64,000 nt of DNA from an uncultured bacterium (GTDB lineage: Bacteria > Patescibacteriota > Minisyncoccia > SW-4-49-11), in NCBI GenBank assembly GCA_937864235.1, contig CALMJI010000006.1, positions 113 to 64,112 of the forward strand. The letters run 5' to 3'. Position 1 is the first letter of the stretch. Each line of letters starts with the position of its first letter. Shown one piece after another: positions 1 to 9,504 of this stretch. A program made the position numbers and the translations under genes. Below the pieces are notes generated by a model. That model was given only the letters and a program-made list of their open reading frames with translations. It was not told the origin of the DNA and made no database searches.

Positions 1-1090
1 ACGGAGTGGAAGCCCTCATATCAGCTACAAAATCAGCAATAGTAAAATCTCTTTCATGCCCAACAGCTGAGATAATGGGCTTAATAGAAGTATAAATGGC
101 TCTGGCTACCGACTCATCATTAAAAGCATGAAGATCATCCATCGCACCTCCACCTCGAGTCAATACAATCACCTCCACCTCTGGATATGTATTAAGATTA
201 TCAATTGCCTCAATAATACTATCCACCGCCCGCTCCCCCTGCACTTGAGCATGATGAAAATACAAATTCAATCCACCCATCCTAGCTCCTAGAACCTTCA
301 TAAAATCCTTATAAGCCGCCGCATCTTGCGAAGTAATAATCCCAATAGATTTTGGCATATAAGGAATTGCTCTCTTACGAGCCTCACTAAATAAGCCTTC
401 AGCCTCTAATTTTTGTCTTAAAAGCTCAAAAGCCTTAGCCAACTCTCCCTCCCCAGATACCGCCAAAGTCTCTACCATCACACTAAAAATACCAGATTTA
501 GGAGAAAGTCTTGGCTTACCAGTAATAATAATTCGCATCCCATCTACTGGGGAGATTCTAGATTTTCTCAAATTAGCAACCGTAGTAAAACATCTAATTT
601 TTGCTTCCTTCTGTTCATCTTTTAGATCAAAGAAAACCCATTGATTATTAGCAAAACTAGACATCTGAAAAGCCGACACCTCGCCCTCAATTTGTACCGT
701 TTGCTCCCCAATAATAGTATTGATTTGCTGGATAAAAGCCGACACACTCAGAACTTCTGAGCTAATAGCTGGAGTTTTGAGCTTCAGATCAGCATATTGA
801 GTTAAAGACTCCGGAATATATTGTTGGTTGGACTCTAGATATTGCTTACCTTCGGCAAAATGAGTAAGAGTACGAATAGCCTCTTTTTTGACCAATATAG
901 ATGAATCCTGCAATAAAGGGATAATCAAATCAGATACTCGCCCCCATTCAAAACTAATCAGGGCTCTCAGAGATGCCTGCCTATAAGATGGCTTAGTATG
1001 AGCCAAAAAAACCTGAATACTATACAAAGCCCGCTCCCCACGCTCTCTGATAATATCCTGAAAATAAGTGTCTAATTGCTTGCCCGTCAC
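1..1090 (-). CDS. xseA: Exodeoxyribonuclease VII large subunit (3' part outside window), with ~105 aa N-terminal extension
   Basis: Manual translation from GTG at 1090: VLSVSAFIQQIN, IEGEVS, FFDLKDE (OB fold), and PIISAVGHERDFTIADFVADMRASTP. Not in the ORF track because it runs off the edge. Confidence 0.93.
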   Translation of the reverse strand, partial: MTGKQLDTYFQDIIRERGERALYSIQVFLAHTKPSYRQASLRALISFEWGRVSDLIIPLLQDSSILVKKEAIRTLTHFAEGKQYLESNQQYIPESLTQYADLKLKTPAISSEVLSVSAFIQQINTIIGEQTVQIEGEVSAFQMSSFANNQWVFFDLKDEQKEAKIRCFTTVANLRKSRISPVDGMRIIITGKPRLSPKSGIFSVMVETLAVSGEGELAKAFELLRQKLEAEGLFSEARKRAIPYMPKSIGIITSQDAAAYKDFMKVLGARMGGLNLYFHHAQVQGERAVDSIIEAIDNLNTYPEVEVIVLTRGGGAMDDLHAFNDESVARAIYTSIKPIISAVGHERDFTIADFVADMRASTP

Positions 1091-1235
1091 AAATTTTATA
1101 ATTATTGAATTTATATATTTATTATAGCATATAAAAAAGAAAGCAGCTGTGAGGCCGCTTCTTGTGTTCTGATGTGGTGAGCTCCCAAAGCTGGGAGCTG
1201 AGGGGGGGGTATGGGTATTTGGTTGTTAGATAGGA

Positions 1236-1373
1236 TTATTTCTTATCTTTCTTTTTCTTTTTCCGTGTCACAGGATATTTACGGAAACTACCAGAGCTTG
1301 TAGCTTTGGCAATCAGTCCCTCAAGCGAAGCATGTGCCTCACCGAATTGATTCCTGCGTGGACTTTTGGACAT
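1236..1373 (-). CDS. Small basic hypothetical protein (45 aa)
   Basis: MSKSPRRNQFGEAHASLEGLIAKATSSGSFRKYPVTRKKKKKDKK; TTGACA-17-TAAGTT promoter (1400-1428) upstream and hairpin+U terminator (1133-1163) downstream. Confidence 0.55.
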   Translation of the reverse strand: MSKSPRRNQFGEAHASLEGLIAKATSSGSFRKYPVTRKKKKKDKK

Positions 1374-1461
1374 GGATCAAATCCATGGACTACCAAATTA
1401 ACTTACACCTTTCCTCAAATTTTGTCAAGTCCTATTAACTTTTGTTAATTTTTAACAAAAG

Positions 1462-2652
1462 TTATGCTTGAGTTATAATCTCATCCAATTTTAATTTCTC
1501 TACTATCCATTTTCTAATTGTTCCCATATAAGCTGAGTCGCCGATTACTACTCCACCTATAATCTTACCATCAGCATTGGTATTAACCTGTACATATCTG
1601 TCCCCTTGCTCTATCACTATAGATTGCATAGTCTCAGGATTTAGCCGACATTGCCCCACAAAAGCAATGGCCAAACTAGTCTTTGGACAATAAGCAGGAA
1701 TTAGGCTAAATTCTTTCATCGCCTCTGTATGCACCATATTATACCCAGCTATCATACCTTGCAGTGAGGCCTGAGCCCAAGTCCCAGAACCTATATATTG
1801 CTCTTGTAAAATATCATAATACTCTACAATATCTCCAGCCCCAAAGATGTTCTCATCTCCACTTTGTAAATACTGATTTACTTTCAAACATCTATTACAA
1901 AGTTCAGAAGGCAAGAAATCTTTATTCAGCTCCAATCCAATTCCCACACACATAGCCTCAGTTGGGATAATTTCTCCTGAATTGAGTTCAATTTCACTAA
2001 TCTCTCCTATTTGATTGCCTCTAATTTCTTTAATCTCACTTTCATAATAAATTTTAGCTCTCTTAGCTAAGTATTCATTAATAATATTACCTCCAATTTG
2101 GTCAATCATACCCTGCCAATACCATTCATCTCGGATAATCAGAGTCACCTCCTTACCCAAATTAGACAATAATTCTACAAATTCAATTCCAATAAACCCT
2201 CCACCGACAATAGTAATTTTATTCTTATCCCTTATATAATCCCTCACTCCAATAGCATCATCCAAAGTCTGAAAAGCAAATACACCTTTCAAATCTGACC
2301 CCACTTGAGATAATCTTCTAGCTCTACCACCTGTAGCCACCAAAACCTTATCATAAGCTAGAATCTCTCCATTATCTAGAGTAATAGTCTTATTCTGAGA
2401 ATTTAAATTCTCAACTCTAGTAATAATTCGCTCAATATTCTGTGCCTGAAATTGCTCTTCAGTCTTTAATAACAAATCCTCTGGAGACTTAGCATCAGAA
2501 GCTACCTTACCAATATTAACCCTAGAATAAACCGGATATTGCTCCTCCCCAATCAAGACAATACTAGCCTCTGGAGCCTCTTTGCGAATAGATATCGCCC
2601 CATTAGTCCCTGCAATCCCCGCCCCAATGATAATGTAATTATAATGTTTCAT
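1462..2652 (-). CDS. FAD-dependent NAD(P)H oxidoreductase (rubredoxin/ferredoxin reductase, NirB-like)
   Basis: GAGIAG FAD motif, ATGG, GGGFIGIE NAD motif, IFGAGD. Confidence 0.88.
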   Translation of the reverse strand: MKHYNYIIIGAGIAGTNGAISIRKEAPEASIVLIGEEQYPVYSRVNIGKVASDAKSPEDLLLKTEEQFQAQNIERIITRVENLNSQNKTITLDNGEILAYDKVLVATGGRARRLSQVGSDLKGVFAFQTLDDAIGVRDYIRDKNKITIVGGGFIGIEFVELLSNLGKEVTLIIRDEWYWQGMIDQIGGNIINEYLAKRAKIYYESEIKEIRGNQIGEISEIELNSGEIIPTEAMCVGIGLELNKDFLPSELCNRCLKVNQYLQSGDENIFGAGDIVEYYDILQEQYIGSGTWAQASLQGMIAGYNMVHTEAMKEFSLIPAYCPKTSLAIAFVGQCRLNPETMQSIVIEQGDRYVQVNTNADGKIIGGVVIGDSAYMGTIRKWIVEKLKLDEIITQA

Positions 2653-2754
2653 CAATTTTGAATTTATTAACTATTATTTTTATTATAACATATCTTGATT
2701 TGAATTTCAGGATATGGTAAAATTTTTTAGTTGTTTTTCAGGAAACCTAAATAG

Positions 2755-2928
2755 ATGGCAAAAGACAATCTTTTGGAAACATTGTCTGGCAGGTCAACAA
2801 GAAACAAAGAGCCCAGAGTATGCCCTACGGAAAACATACCTCTACCAGACACCCTCCCCACGAGATGTGGTAGGGGTACCCAACAATACCTCAAGACACT
2901 TGAACAAGGTCGTCCCGATGAGGGATAA
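2755..2928 (+). CDS. Small hypothetical protein (57 aa)
   Basis: MAKDNLLETLSGRSTRNKEPRVCPTENIPLPDTLPTRCGRGTQQYLKTLEQGRPDEG; TTGATT-17-TAAAAT promoter (2695-2723) and hairpin+U tract at ~2951-2980. Confidence 0.45.
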   Translation: MAKDNLLETLSGRSTRNKEPRVCPTENIPLPDTLPTRCGRGTQQYLKTLEQGRPDEG

Positions 2929-3006
2929 CCCCAATCAAAATACTCACACAAGGCCACCTCCCTCGAGCTGGTCTTTTTTCTTTACCTCCCTGTACTAGAG
3001 TACATT

Positions 3007-3105
3007 TCGTAGAGGCGACCTTTAAGTCGCCAGCTGTACTAAAATTCCACCTCCTATACTTCAGTTTGGGAGGGGACGGGGTGGAGTATTTTTACCCTCC
3101 TTCTA
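3007..3105. repeat. REP-like palindrome cluster
   Basis: GTAG-AGGCGACCTTTAAGTCGCC hairpin plus CTCCTATACTTCAGTTTGGGAGG module shared with ~61942-61964. Confidence 0.75.
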
Positions 3106-3163
3106 CACAAATAATCAAATTATGCTATAATATTACCGTCTAAGATGAATTAATTATCTCTGT

Positions 3164-3598
3164 ATGGATAGCCAAACTGCCCTACAAATTAATCAATGGA
3201 TAGATATAATTCATAATCCTAACTATTGGATTATTTTTTGGTTTATTGCCTTATATATTTTATTAGAGCCTAAACTTTTTTCAAATAAAAACACACTTTC
3301 AGATAATAAATCTACTAAAATTATAATTCATACTAAATTTTTAATTTTATTTTTTACCTTTAGTATAGCCCTATCTCAGAGCTTATTTGGAGGCTGTCTG
3401 ATTACCTCTATTCAGAATTACTTTGCTGTCAATTATCTAGGTCGTGAATATTGGTACCCTTATGGCTTAGTATTCCGCGAAAACTTTGACCCCCAATATT
3501 GGATTTATCTCAGATTATTTTATATAATACTGACAATATTATATGGAACTTGGATATATAAATATTATAGATTTGTGATGAAGAGCTGGGGGAAGTGA
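3164..3598 (+). CDS. Membrane protein (about 3 TM)
   Basis: Hydrophobic segments, GGCLITSIQNY motif. Confidence 0.7.
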   Translation: MDSQTALQINQWIDIIHNPNYWIIFWFIALYILLEPKLFSNKNTLSDNKSTKIIIHTKFLILFFTFSIALSQSLFGGCLITSIQNYFAVNYLGREYWYPYGLVFRENFDPQYWIYLRLFYIILTILYGTWIYKYYRFVMKSWGK

Positions 3599-3653
3599 AT
3601 TATATAAATTTATGGTATAATTATATATATAAATAATTCAATAATTCTAATTT

Positions 3654-3914
3654 ATGTCAAATTTAAATCTAAAGCCTATCCCTATGTTATTATTTTGTCC
3701 AAATTGTGGAAAACAGCATATAGATGAACCAAATCTAGATATTGGGTGGACTAATCCAGATCATCGTAGTCATTTTTGTACTTTTTGTGGAACAATTTGG
3801 AGACCAGCTGATGTCCCAACAATGGGTGTAGCCAAAATCGAGACAAAAGGTAAAGCTGATACTTGGGATGTAAATTCTATAGACGAGACTATTGCTATTT
3901 CTAAGGGGAAATAA
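3654..3914 (+). CDS. Small Cys/His-rich zinc-binding protein
   Basis: CPNC..H..HRSHFCTFC motif; TGgTATAAT upstream. Confidence 0.75.
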   Translation: MSNLNLKPIPMLLFCPNCGKQHIDEPNLDIGWTNPDHRSHFCTFCGTIWRPADVPTMGVAKIETKGKADTWDVNSIDETIAISKGK

Positions 3915-3944
3915 GTCATTCTATATAAATTTATTTTAGAGTAG

Positions 3945-4175
3945 ATGGGTGTGGGCATTCGTAGGGGCGCCCTTTCAGTCGCCCGATTGTCATCCTTTGG
4001 ACTAAAATTCCCCTCTTGAGGGGTGGCAGGTTTCCTGACGGGGTGGAGTGTTTTTAAACTTGAACTTCTGTCCTCCTCCGCCCCTGTGGGGCACCTCCCC
4101 CAAGGGAGGACAAAATACAATGCTCCTACCTGCCTTAGGTAGGCAAATGGAGACATAAAGCAGAGCCCTCCCCTT
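3945..4175. repeat. REP-like palindrome cluster
   Basis: GTAGGGGCGCCCTTTCAGTCGCCC plus GC-rich double-hairpin modules (CCCCTCTTGAGGGG...GACGGGGTGGAG; CCTCCCCCAAGGGAGGACAAA). Confidence 0.8.
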
Positions 4176-4230
4176 ATTGCATTTTGACCCTACTTGGCAT
4201 ATAATATGAAAATTATATAAATATTATATT

Positions 4231-4797
4231 ATGCTTTCAATTTCAGATATTAAAAAAGGTAAAATTATCGTAGTGGATGATAGTCCATTTTTAGTTTTAT
4301 TTAGTCAATTATCCAAAAAAGGCCGAGCAGGGTCAGTACTGACGGTCAAGATGAAAAATCTCATCACCAACAATACTCAGGAGCGAAATTTCAAACAATC
4401 AGATATGTTCCCTGAGGCGGATATTGCGGAAGCCTATGCTGAGTATCTATACAGTGACGGGGAGCAATACCATTTTATGGATGAGAGAACTTTTGAGCAA
4501 TATGCTTTTGACCTTGAGACCTTAGGTGAGAATACAGTTGGCTATTTGCAAGAGGGAGCTAAAGTCAAAATTGTCACTTATAATGGGGAGCCGATTACTA
4601 TAAATTTACCACCTAAAGTGGTCTTAGAAGTGACTGAGGCCGCCCCTACTATCAAAGGTAATACCGTCGATGCAGCGATGAAAACTGTAAAAGTTGAGAC
4701 TGGAATTGAAGTTAAAGTCCCTATGTTTATTAATCAGGGTGATAAAATCCGTATCAATACTGAGACTGGTATTTATGAGGAAAAAGTGACAAATTAG
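4231..4797 (+). CDS. efp: Elongation factor P
   Basis: EF-P domains, VPMFINQGDKIRINTETG C-terminus. Confidence 0.96.
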   Translation: MLSISDIKKGKIIVVDDSPFLVLFSQLSKKGRAGSVLTVKMKNLITNNTQERNFKQSDMFPEADIAEAYAEYLYSDGEQYHFMDERTFEQYAFDLETLGENTVGYLQEGAKVKIVTYNGEPITINLPPKVVLEVTEAAPTIKGNTVDAAMKTVKVETGIEVKVPMFINQGDKIRINTETGIYEEKVTN

Positions 4798-7379
4798 CCC
4801 CAATAGTCTTTGATCGCTGCTTCTACCTTAATCGGGATGGTGGCTTTATAAACCGATTCCATAATTTCTAGAATTTTATCTTTATATTGCTCAGCTTGTG
4901 TGGTTTTGACCTCAAAAACTAATTCATCGTGAACTTGTAAAATCATATAAATATCTTGTTTTTCTCCTAGATATTCATCGATTTTAATCATCGCTAATTT
5001 TATAATATCGGCTTGCAAGCCTTGAATTGGCATATTGACAGCTATTCTGTCCAATAAGGCCTGGTTGCGAGGGTTTCTAATATCTATGTTTGAAAGGTCT
5101 CTAATTCGTCCATATTCTGTCTGAGCATAACCATGCTTGCGAGCGAATTGCTTGAGAGATTCCATATAATCATTTAGCTCTGGATAGGCTTGACGATATT
5201 TATCTAAGAAAACTTGAGCTTCGGCTCTTTTAATTTTGAGATTTTGGGCTAGGCTAGTAGCACCCATCCCATAAAGAATTCCAAAATTTATTGTCTTAGC
5301 AAAGCTTCGCATTTCTTTGGTCACTTCTTCGGGGCTTACTCCATATACTCGCTGGGCTGTAGCGGTATGAAAGTCTATATTTTGTCTAAAAATCTCTAGC
5401 ATAGCCTGATCTTGAGATAAGTGAGCCGCTAGCCTCAACTCAATCTGAGAATAATCACAAATTAACAATGTCCAGTCCTCCCGTGCTACAAAACAATTTT
5501 TGATTTGCCTACCCAATTCACCTCTAGCAGGAATATTCTGTAAATTAGGATCCACTGAGGATAATCTACCGGTGGCGGCAATATTTTGCTGATAAGTGGT
5601 GTGTATTCTCCCCTGCTCATCCATCAGATTCGGCAGGCTATCTATATAGGTAGATTTGAGCTTAGCCACTTCTCGGTATTGTAAAATCAAGTCTACAATT
5701 TCGAATTCACCTCTCATAGATTCTAGAGCCTGAGCTGAAGTAGAGACTTGACCTCCATTGGTTTTCTTGACTCCTTTGACAGAAAGATTAAGTTTATTGA
5801 ATAAAATATCGGCCAATTGCTTCGGGGAATTGAGATTGAATTCCTCTCCCGCAATAGCATAAATATCTCTAGTCAAGGTAGTAATTTTATCCTCTACAAA
5901 AGTTTTAGTAGCTTGTAATTTTGACTCATCGAATAGCACTCCCATAGCTTCCATTTTGGCTAAAACTGGCAAAAGAGGCTTCTCGATTAAATTATAAACC
6001 TCCTCAATATGCAAAGCCTGCATTTTAGACAGAATCAACTGATATAATTGATGCAGAACCAATTCTGGCTGAGCAGAATTATAACCCACTCCATAGGCTC
6101 CACAGACCGCCTCCAGAGATAATTGCCTCTCTCCAGGGTTAATCAGATAAGCCATCAGAATCACATCTTGCAAATTAGCCCTGAGCTCAAAGGGATATAA
6201 TTTCCGTATAATTGGCTTAATATCAGCACAGATTATAGTCTGCTCGGAGCCTAGCAATGCTCTTAATTCCTTCTCGCTAACTTTAGACCTCTGACCCTTT
6301 GCATCAATGGCTATATAATCCTCATCTACCCCAGCCCAAATAGCTAGAGGGAAATTAGTTAATTGAGATAAATTATACAATTTACTCTCCTCAATAGCCT
6401 GTGTCTCTACAGCAGGAGTAGCAGGCTGTTGCCCCCAAAAACTAGTCTGGGACTTATGATTATTAGCTTTTTCTAATTGAGTATTAAGCTCTTTGACCAG
6501 GGAATAAAATTCAAAATGCTTAAAGATCTCCTTTGCCTTCTCAACTGGGAAAGTATAGTCGATAGAATCATTGACCACCTCCCCAATTGGAGCATCCGTG
6601 ATAATAGTAGCTAATTCCCGACTAAAGAAAGCTTGTTCTTTATTATTCTTGAGATTCTCAAATATAGATTTAGTCAGAGCATCTCTATCCTCTTTGGCAA
6701 TATCCTCAAACTTAGCATATTGATCTACAAATTTATAAATATTCTCCAGAGTTTCAAAACGATGCAATAAATTCACCGCTCGCAAATCTCCAATACCAGG
6801 AACCCCAGGAATATTATCTGAAGGATCCCCCTTTAACCCCTTAAAATCACAGACTTGATCTGGACGAATTTGATATTTGGCAATAACCGCTTCAGTATCA
6901 AAAATTACAGTGTCATTAATGCTTTTTCTCAATGTATAAACTGAAATCTGAGGTTTTACTAATTGCATAGTATCCATATCACCCGTCACAATAATCAGCT
7001 CATTGCTGGTCTTACTAGTCTGCTCAGCAATAGTACCAATAATATCATCAGCCTCATAGCCAGCTAATTCCAAAATCGGGATTTCAATAACTTCCAACAT
7101 TTCTTTGACCAAAGGTATCTGGTCATACAAATCCTGGTCCGCCGCCACTCGATTAGCCTTATAAGCCTCAAATTGATTATGCCGAAAAGTATCCCCCGCC
7201 ACATCAAAAGCCGCTAATACAATATCCGGCTTAATATCCTTAATAACTTTTAACAAAAGCTTAGCATAACCATACACTGCATTAACCATCACCCCATCAG
7301 CAGTAGTAAAAGGAGGCAAAGCATGATAAGCCCTGTGAATCACCGCATTACTATCTAGAATTACAATTTTTTTCTTCAT
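4794..7379 (-). CDS. polA: DNA polymerase I
   Basis: 5'-3' exonuclease N-terminus (RAYHALPP, EADDIIGT); polymerase motifs DYSQIELR, KTINFGILYG, QVHDEL. Confidence 0.98.
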   Translation of the reverse strand: MKKKIVILDSNAVIHRAYHALPPFTTADGVMVNAVYGYAKLLLKVIKDIKPDIVLAAFDVAGDTFRHNQFEAYKANRVAADQDLYDQIPLVKEMLEVIEIPILELAGYEADDIIGTIAEQTSKTSNELIIVTGDMDTMQLVKPQISVYTLRKSINDTVIFDTEAVIAKYQIRPDQVCDFKGLKGDPSDNIPGVPGIGDLRAVNLLHRFETLENIYKFVDQYAKFEDIAKEDRDALTKSIFENLKNNKEQAFFSRELATIITDAPIGEVVNDSIDYTFPVEKAKEIFKHFEFYSLVKELNTQLEKANNHKSQTSFWGQQPATPAVETQAIEESKLYNLSQLTNFPLAIWAGVDEDYIAIDAKGQRSKVSEKELRALLGSEQTIICADIKPIIRKLYPFELRANLQDVILMAYLINPGERQLSLEAVCGAYGVGYNSAQPELVLHQLYQLILSKMQALHIEEVYNLIEKPLLPVLAKMEAMGVLFDESKLQATKTFVEDKITTLTRDIYAIAGEEFNLNSPKQLADILFNKLNLSVKGVKKTNGGQVSTSAQALESMRGEFEIVDLILQYREVAKLKSTYIDSLPNLMDEQGRIHTTYQQNIAATGRLSSVDPNLQNIPARGELGRQIKNCFVAREDWTLLICDYSQIELRLAAHLSQDQAMLEIFRQNIDFHTATAQRVYGVSPEEVTKEMRSFAKTINFGILYGMGATSLAQNLKIKRAEAQVFLDKYRQAYPELNDYMESLKQFARKHGYAQTEYGRIRDLSNIDIRNPRNQALLDRIAVNMPIQGLQADIIKLAMIKIDEYLGEKQDIYMILQVHDELVFEVKTTQAEQYKDKILEIMESVYKATIPIKVEAAIKDYWG

Positions 7380-7408
7380 ACTTTTTCATTATAGCATATT
7401 TTGGGAGA

Positions 7409-7455
7409 AATATAGACAAAATTCTTAAAATATGATATAAGGTTATTGTCCTATA
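7409..7455 (+). promoter_or_regulatory. Promoter module copy 1 (TAGACA-17-TATAAG), repeated at 9105-9151
   Basis: 45/47 nt identical to 9105-9151. Confidence 0.75.
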
Positions 7456-7467
7456 CGGAGAACTTCC

Positions 7468-7854
7468 GTGAAAAACCCTTTCAACATTTTCTGCCTAATA
7501 ATCGCTTCAACATTAATTGGTGGCACTATATATGGAATTACAGAAATATTCAAGGAAGAAAAAACATACCTTCCAGTTGAATATGACCGCTTCATATACT
7601 TCCCATGGCATGCAGGGAAAGGATTGACACCTGACCCCACCAAAAAAGAAGCTTTTTTTACTGGCTCCAAAGAGAAATTTTTGGAGGATTGTAGTCGAAT
7701 ATGTACTTTAAGCCATCAAAATTATATCCCTGCAGGGACAACAAAGCCGGTTTACATTCAAAATCTCTATGAGCTTTTGAATGTAAACCCCTACAATCTA
7801 AAAATAACCCTTGATGGGTACTATATATACAATCCATTACCCCCAACCCATTGA
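7468..7854 (+). CDS. Hypothetical protein with N-terminal TM/signal segment
   Basis: 128 aa ORF between its own promoter and terminator. Confidence 0.65.
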   Translation: MKNPFNIFCLIIASTLIGGTIYGITEIFKEEKTYLPVEYDRFIYFPWHAGKGLTPDPTKKEAFFTGSKEKFLEDCSRICTLSHQNYIPAGTTKPVYIQNLYELLNVNPYNLKITLDGYYIYNPLPPTH

Positions 7855-7874
7855 CCACAGCCCCCATATCTCCA

Positions 7875-7916
7875 GACTCTGTATCACTGCAGAGTCTTTT
7901 CTTTACTCAAAAATAC
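7875..7916 (+). terminator. Intrinsic terminator copy 1, repeated at 9286-9327
   Basis: GACTCTGTA-TCAC-TGCAGAGTC-TTTT; 40/42 nt identical to second copy. Confidence 0.75.
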
Positions 7917-7942
7917 TCTCAGAAATTTAATTTTATATATAC

Positions 7943-8929
7943 TTACTTTTTCTTAAATTTACTTTCTAGTTGATTTATAGTATCTAGATAAGATTGTTCC
8001 ACTGGGCTGAGGGTTTTTTGCTGATATTTTTTATATTCATCTTGAGCTTTTTGAATTGCTTCTTGATTACTAATTTTACCTGAATTTTGCAAGATTTCTT
8101 CCCCTGTAGCCAACAAAATACTATCTAAATGGTCTGCCCAATCTTGCATCTTCATTGGGACTTGTCTTTCTGCTTGTCTTTCAGCAAAGTCTAGATATCC
8201 TGAGACTATTTGACCCAATGCTCTTAATTCTTTTTCATCTAGATAATTTTTAGCTATTGAGATATCTTGTAATTGTGGTTTATTACCAGTAAAGGTAGTA
8301 AGTCCCATAAATTCTTTTTCAGCATCAGCTCGATTATAAATCACTTCAGCTGCAGTTTGTTTATGTACTGCATAATGTATTTTATTCTGGACTTTTTTGA
8401 AAAATTCAATTGAAGTTTTATTATTAGCATCATAATCTATACTTGTTGCATAGATATCTAATATCTGTCTATAAAAAACTTTCTCACTAGCTCGAATATC
8501 TCGTATACGGGTTAGCAATTCTTTCCAATAATTACCTCCGCCTAAATTTTTGAGCCTCTCATCATCCATCGTGAAGCCTTTGAGTATATATTCTTTTAAC
8601 CTTTGAGTTGCCCAAATTCTAAATTGAGTGGCTATTTTACTATTAACTCTATATCCTACAGCGATAATCATATCTAGATTATAATAACCTGTATTATACT
8701 TTTTACCGTCTCTAGCAGTTATCCGGAAATTCCGGAATACTTGATTTTTACTTAATTCCTGAGTTTTATACATATTTTGTATATGTTCACTAATAGTTCT
8801 GACATCAACTTCAAAAAGTTCTGCCATTAATTTTTGAGATAACCAAATCGTCTCATCCTCTATAAAAACATTCAATTTTACCGCTCCATTGGAATCTGTA
8901 TATAATATAAAATTGTTTTGCTCAGTCAT
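7943..8929 (-). CDS. RhuM (virulence RhuM family) DNA-binding protein
   Basis: ETIWLSQKLMAELF, YYNLDMIIAVGYRVNS, FRIWAT, KGFTMDDERLK. Confidence 0.92.
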   Translation of the reverse strand: MTEQNNFILYTDSNGAVKLNVFIEDETIWLSQKLMAELFEVDVRTISEHIQNMYKTQELSKNQVFRNFRITARDGKKYNTGYYNLDMIIAVGYRVNSKIATQFRIWATQRLKEYILKGFTMDDERLKNLGGGNYWKELLTRIRDIRASEKVFYRQILDIYATSIDYDANNKTSIEFFKKVQNKIHYAVHKQTAAEVIYNRADAEKEFMGLTTFTGNKPQLQDISIAKNYLDEKELRALGQIVSGYLDFAERQAERQVPMKMQDWADHLDSILLATGEEILQNSGKISNQEAIQKAQDEYKKYQQKTLSPVEQSYLDTINQLESKFKKK

Positions 8930-8984
8930 GTTTCTGATTATTATATATTTTTATTATAGCATATTTTAGGAAAAATATGGACTT

Positions 8985-9080
8985 TCGTAGCGGAGGCTTT
9001 AAGTCCCTCCATTTTATGTAGAGTCGGCGACCCCGCCGACATAGATTTTCGTAGAGGAGACCTTTCAGTTGCCCGTCCAG
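8985..9080. repeat. Tandem GTAG-type REP-like hairpins (3 units)
   Basis: GTAG+hairpin at 8987, 9018 and 9051. Confidence 0.8.
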
Positions 9081-9104
9081 TGATATACTCAATTTTAGTT
9101 ATTT

Positions 9105-9151
9105 AATATAGACAAAATTATTAAAATATGATATAAGGTTATTGTTCTATA
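9105..9151 (+). promoter_or_regulatory. Promoter module copy 2
   Basis: Near-identical to 7409-7455. Confidence 0.75.
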
Positions 9152-9162
9152 TATGCTAGACC

Positions 9163-9276
9163 ATGACCATGTTTACTAGAAAGTTTGGAAAGTTTATACG
9201 ATATTGCGGTAATAAACCCCTTGCCCTAGGGGGGCCAATTATTGCTTTGTACGCATTGTATAATACAATATTTTGA
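9163..9276 (+). CDS. Putative 37 aa peptide
   Basis: MTMFTRKFGKFIRYCGNKPLALGGPIIALYALYNTIF, lying between duplicated promoter and duplicated terminator. Confidence 0.4.
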   Translation: MTMFTRKFGKFIRYCGNKPLALGGPIIALYALYNTIF

Positions 9277-9285
9277 ATTTCTATC

Positions 9286-9327
9286 GACTCTGCATCACTG
9301 CAGAGTCTTTTATTTACTCAAAAATAC
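9286..9327 (+). terminator. Intrinsic terminator copy 2
   Basis: GACTCTGCA-TCAC-TGCAGAGTC-TTTT. Confidence 0.75.
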
Positions 9328-9349
9328 CCTTCCCCAATCAAACAATATA

Positions 9350-9435
9350 ACGGGTGACTGAGGGGTCGACCCTACGAGAGGGGCAACGAATCCACCCCCG
9401 CCTTTCAGGCACCCCCCTCCGAAGGGGGACAAATT
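9350..9435. repeat. REP-like palindrome cluster
   Basis: Inverted GTAG unit ending CCCTAC; ATCCACCCCCGCCTTTCAGGC..CCTCCGAAGGGGGACAAA, reverse complement similar to 30242-30286. Confidence 0.8.
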
Positions 9436-9504
9436 AACTCCCCCATCCTTGAAAATAAGCTAATTTTATGTTATAATTATTACTAATAAAGTAATTATAA
9501 AATT

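Noticed and set aside
2714-2998. Track ORFs 2714-2998 (+) and 2727-2957 (-)
   Set aside because: The first starts inside the predicted promoter and runs through the terminator; 2755-2928 fits the signals better, though none is certain
3770-4156. 128 aa minus-strand ORF
   Set aside because: Open only because it crosses a GC-rich repeat cluster and overlaps a better-supported plus-strand gene
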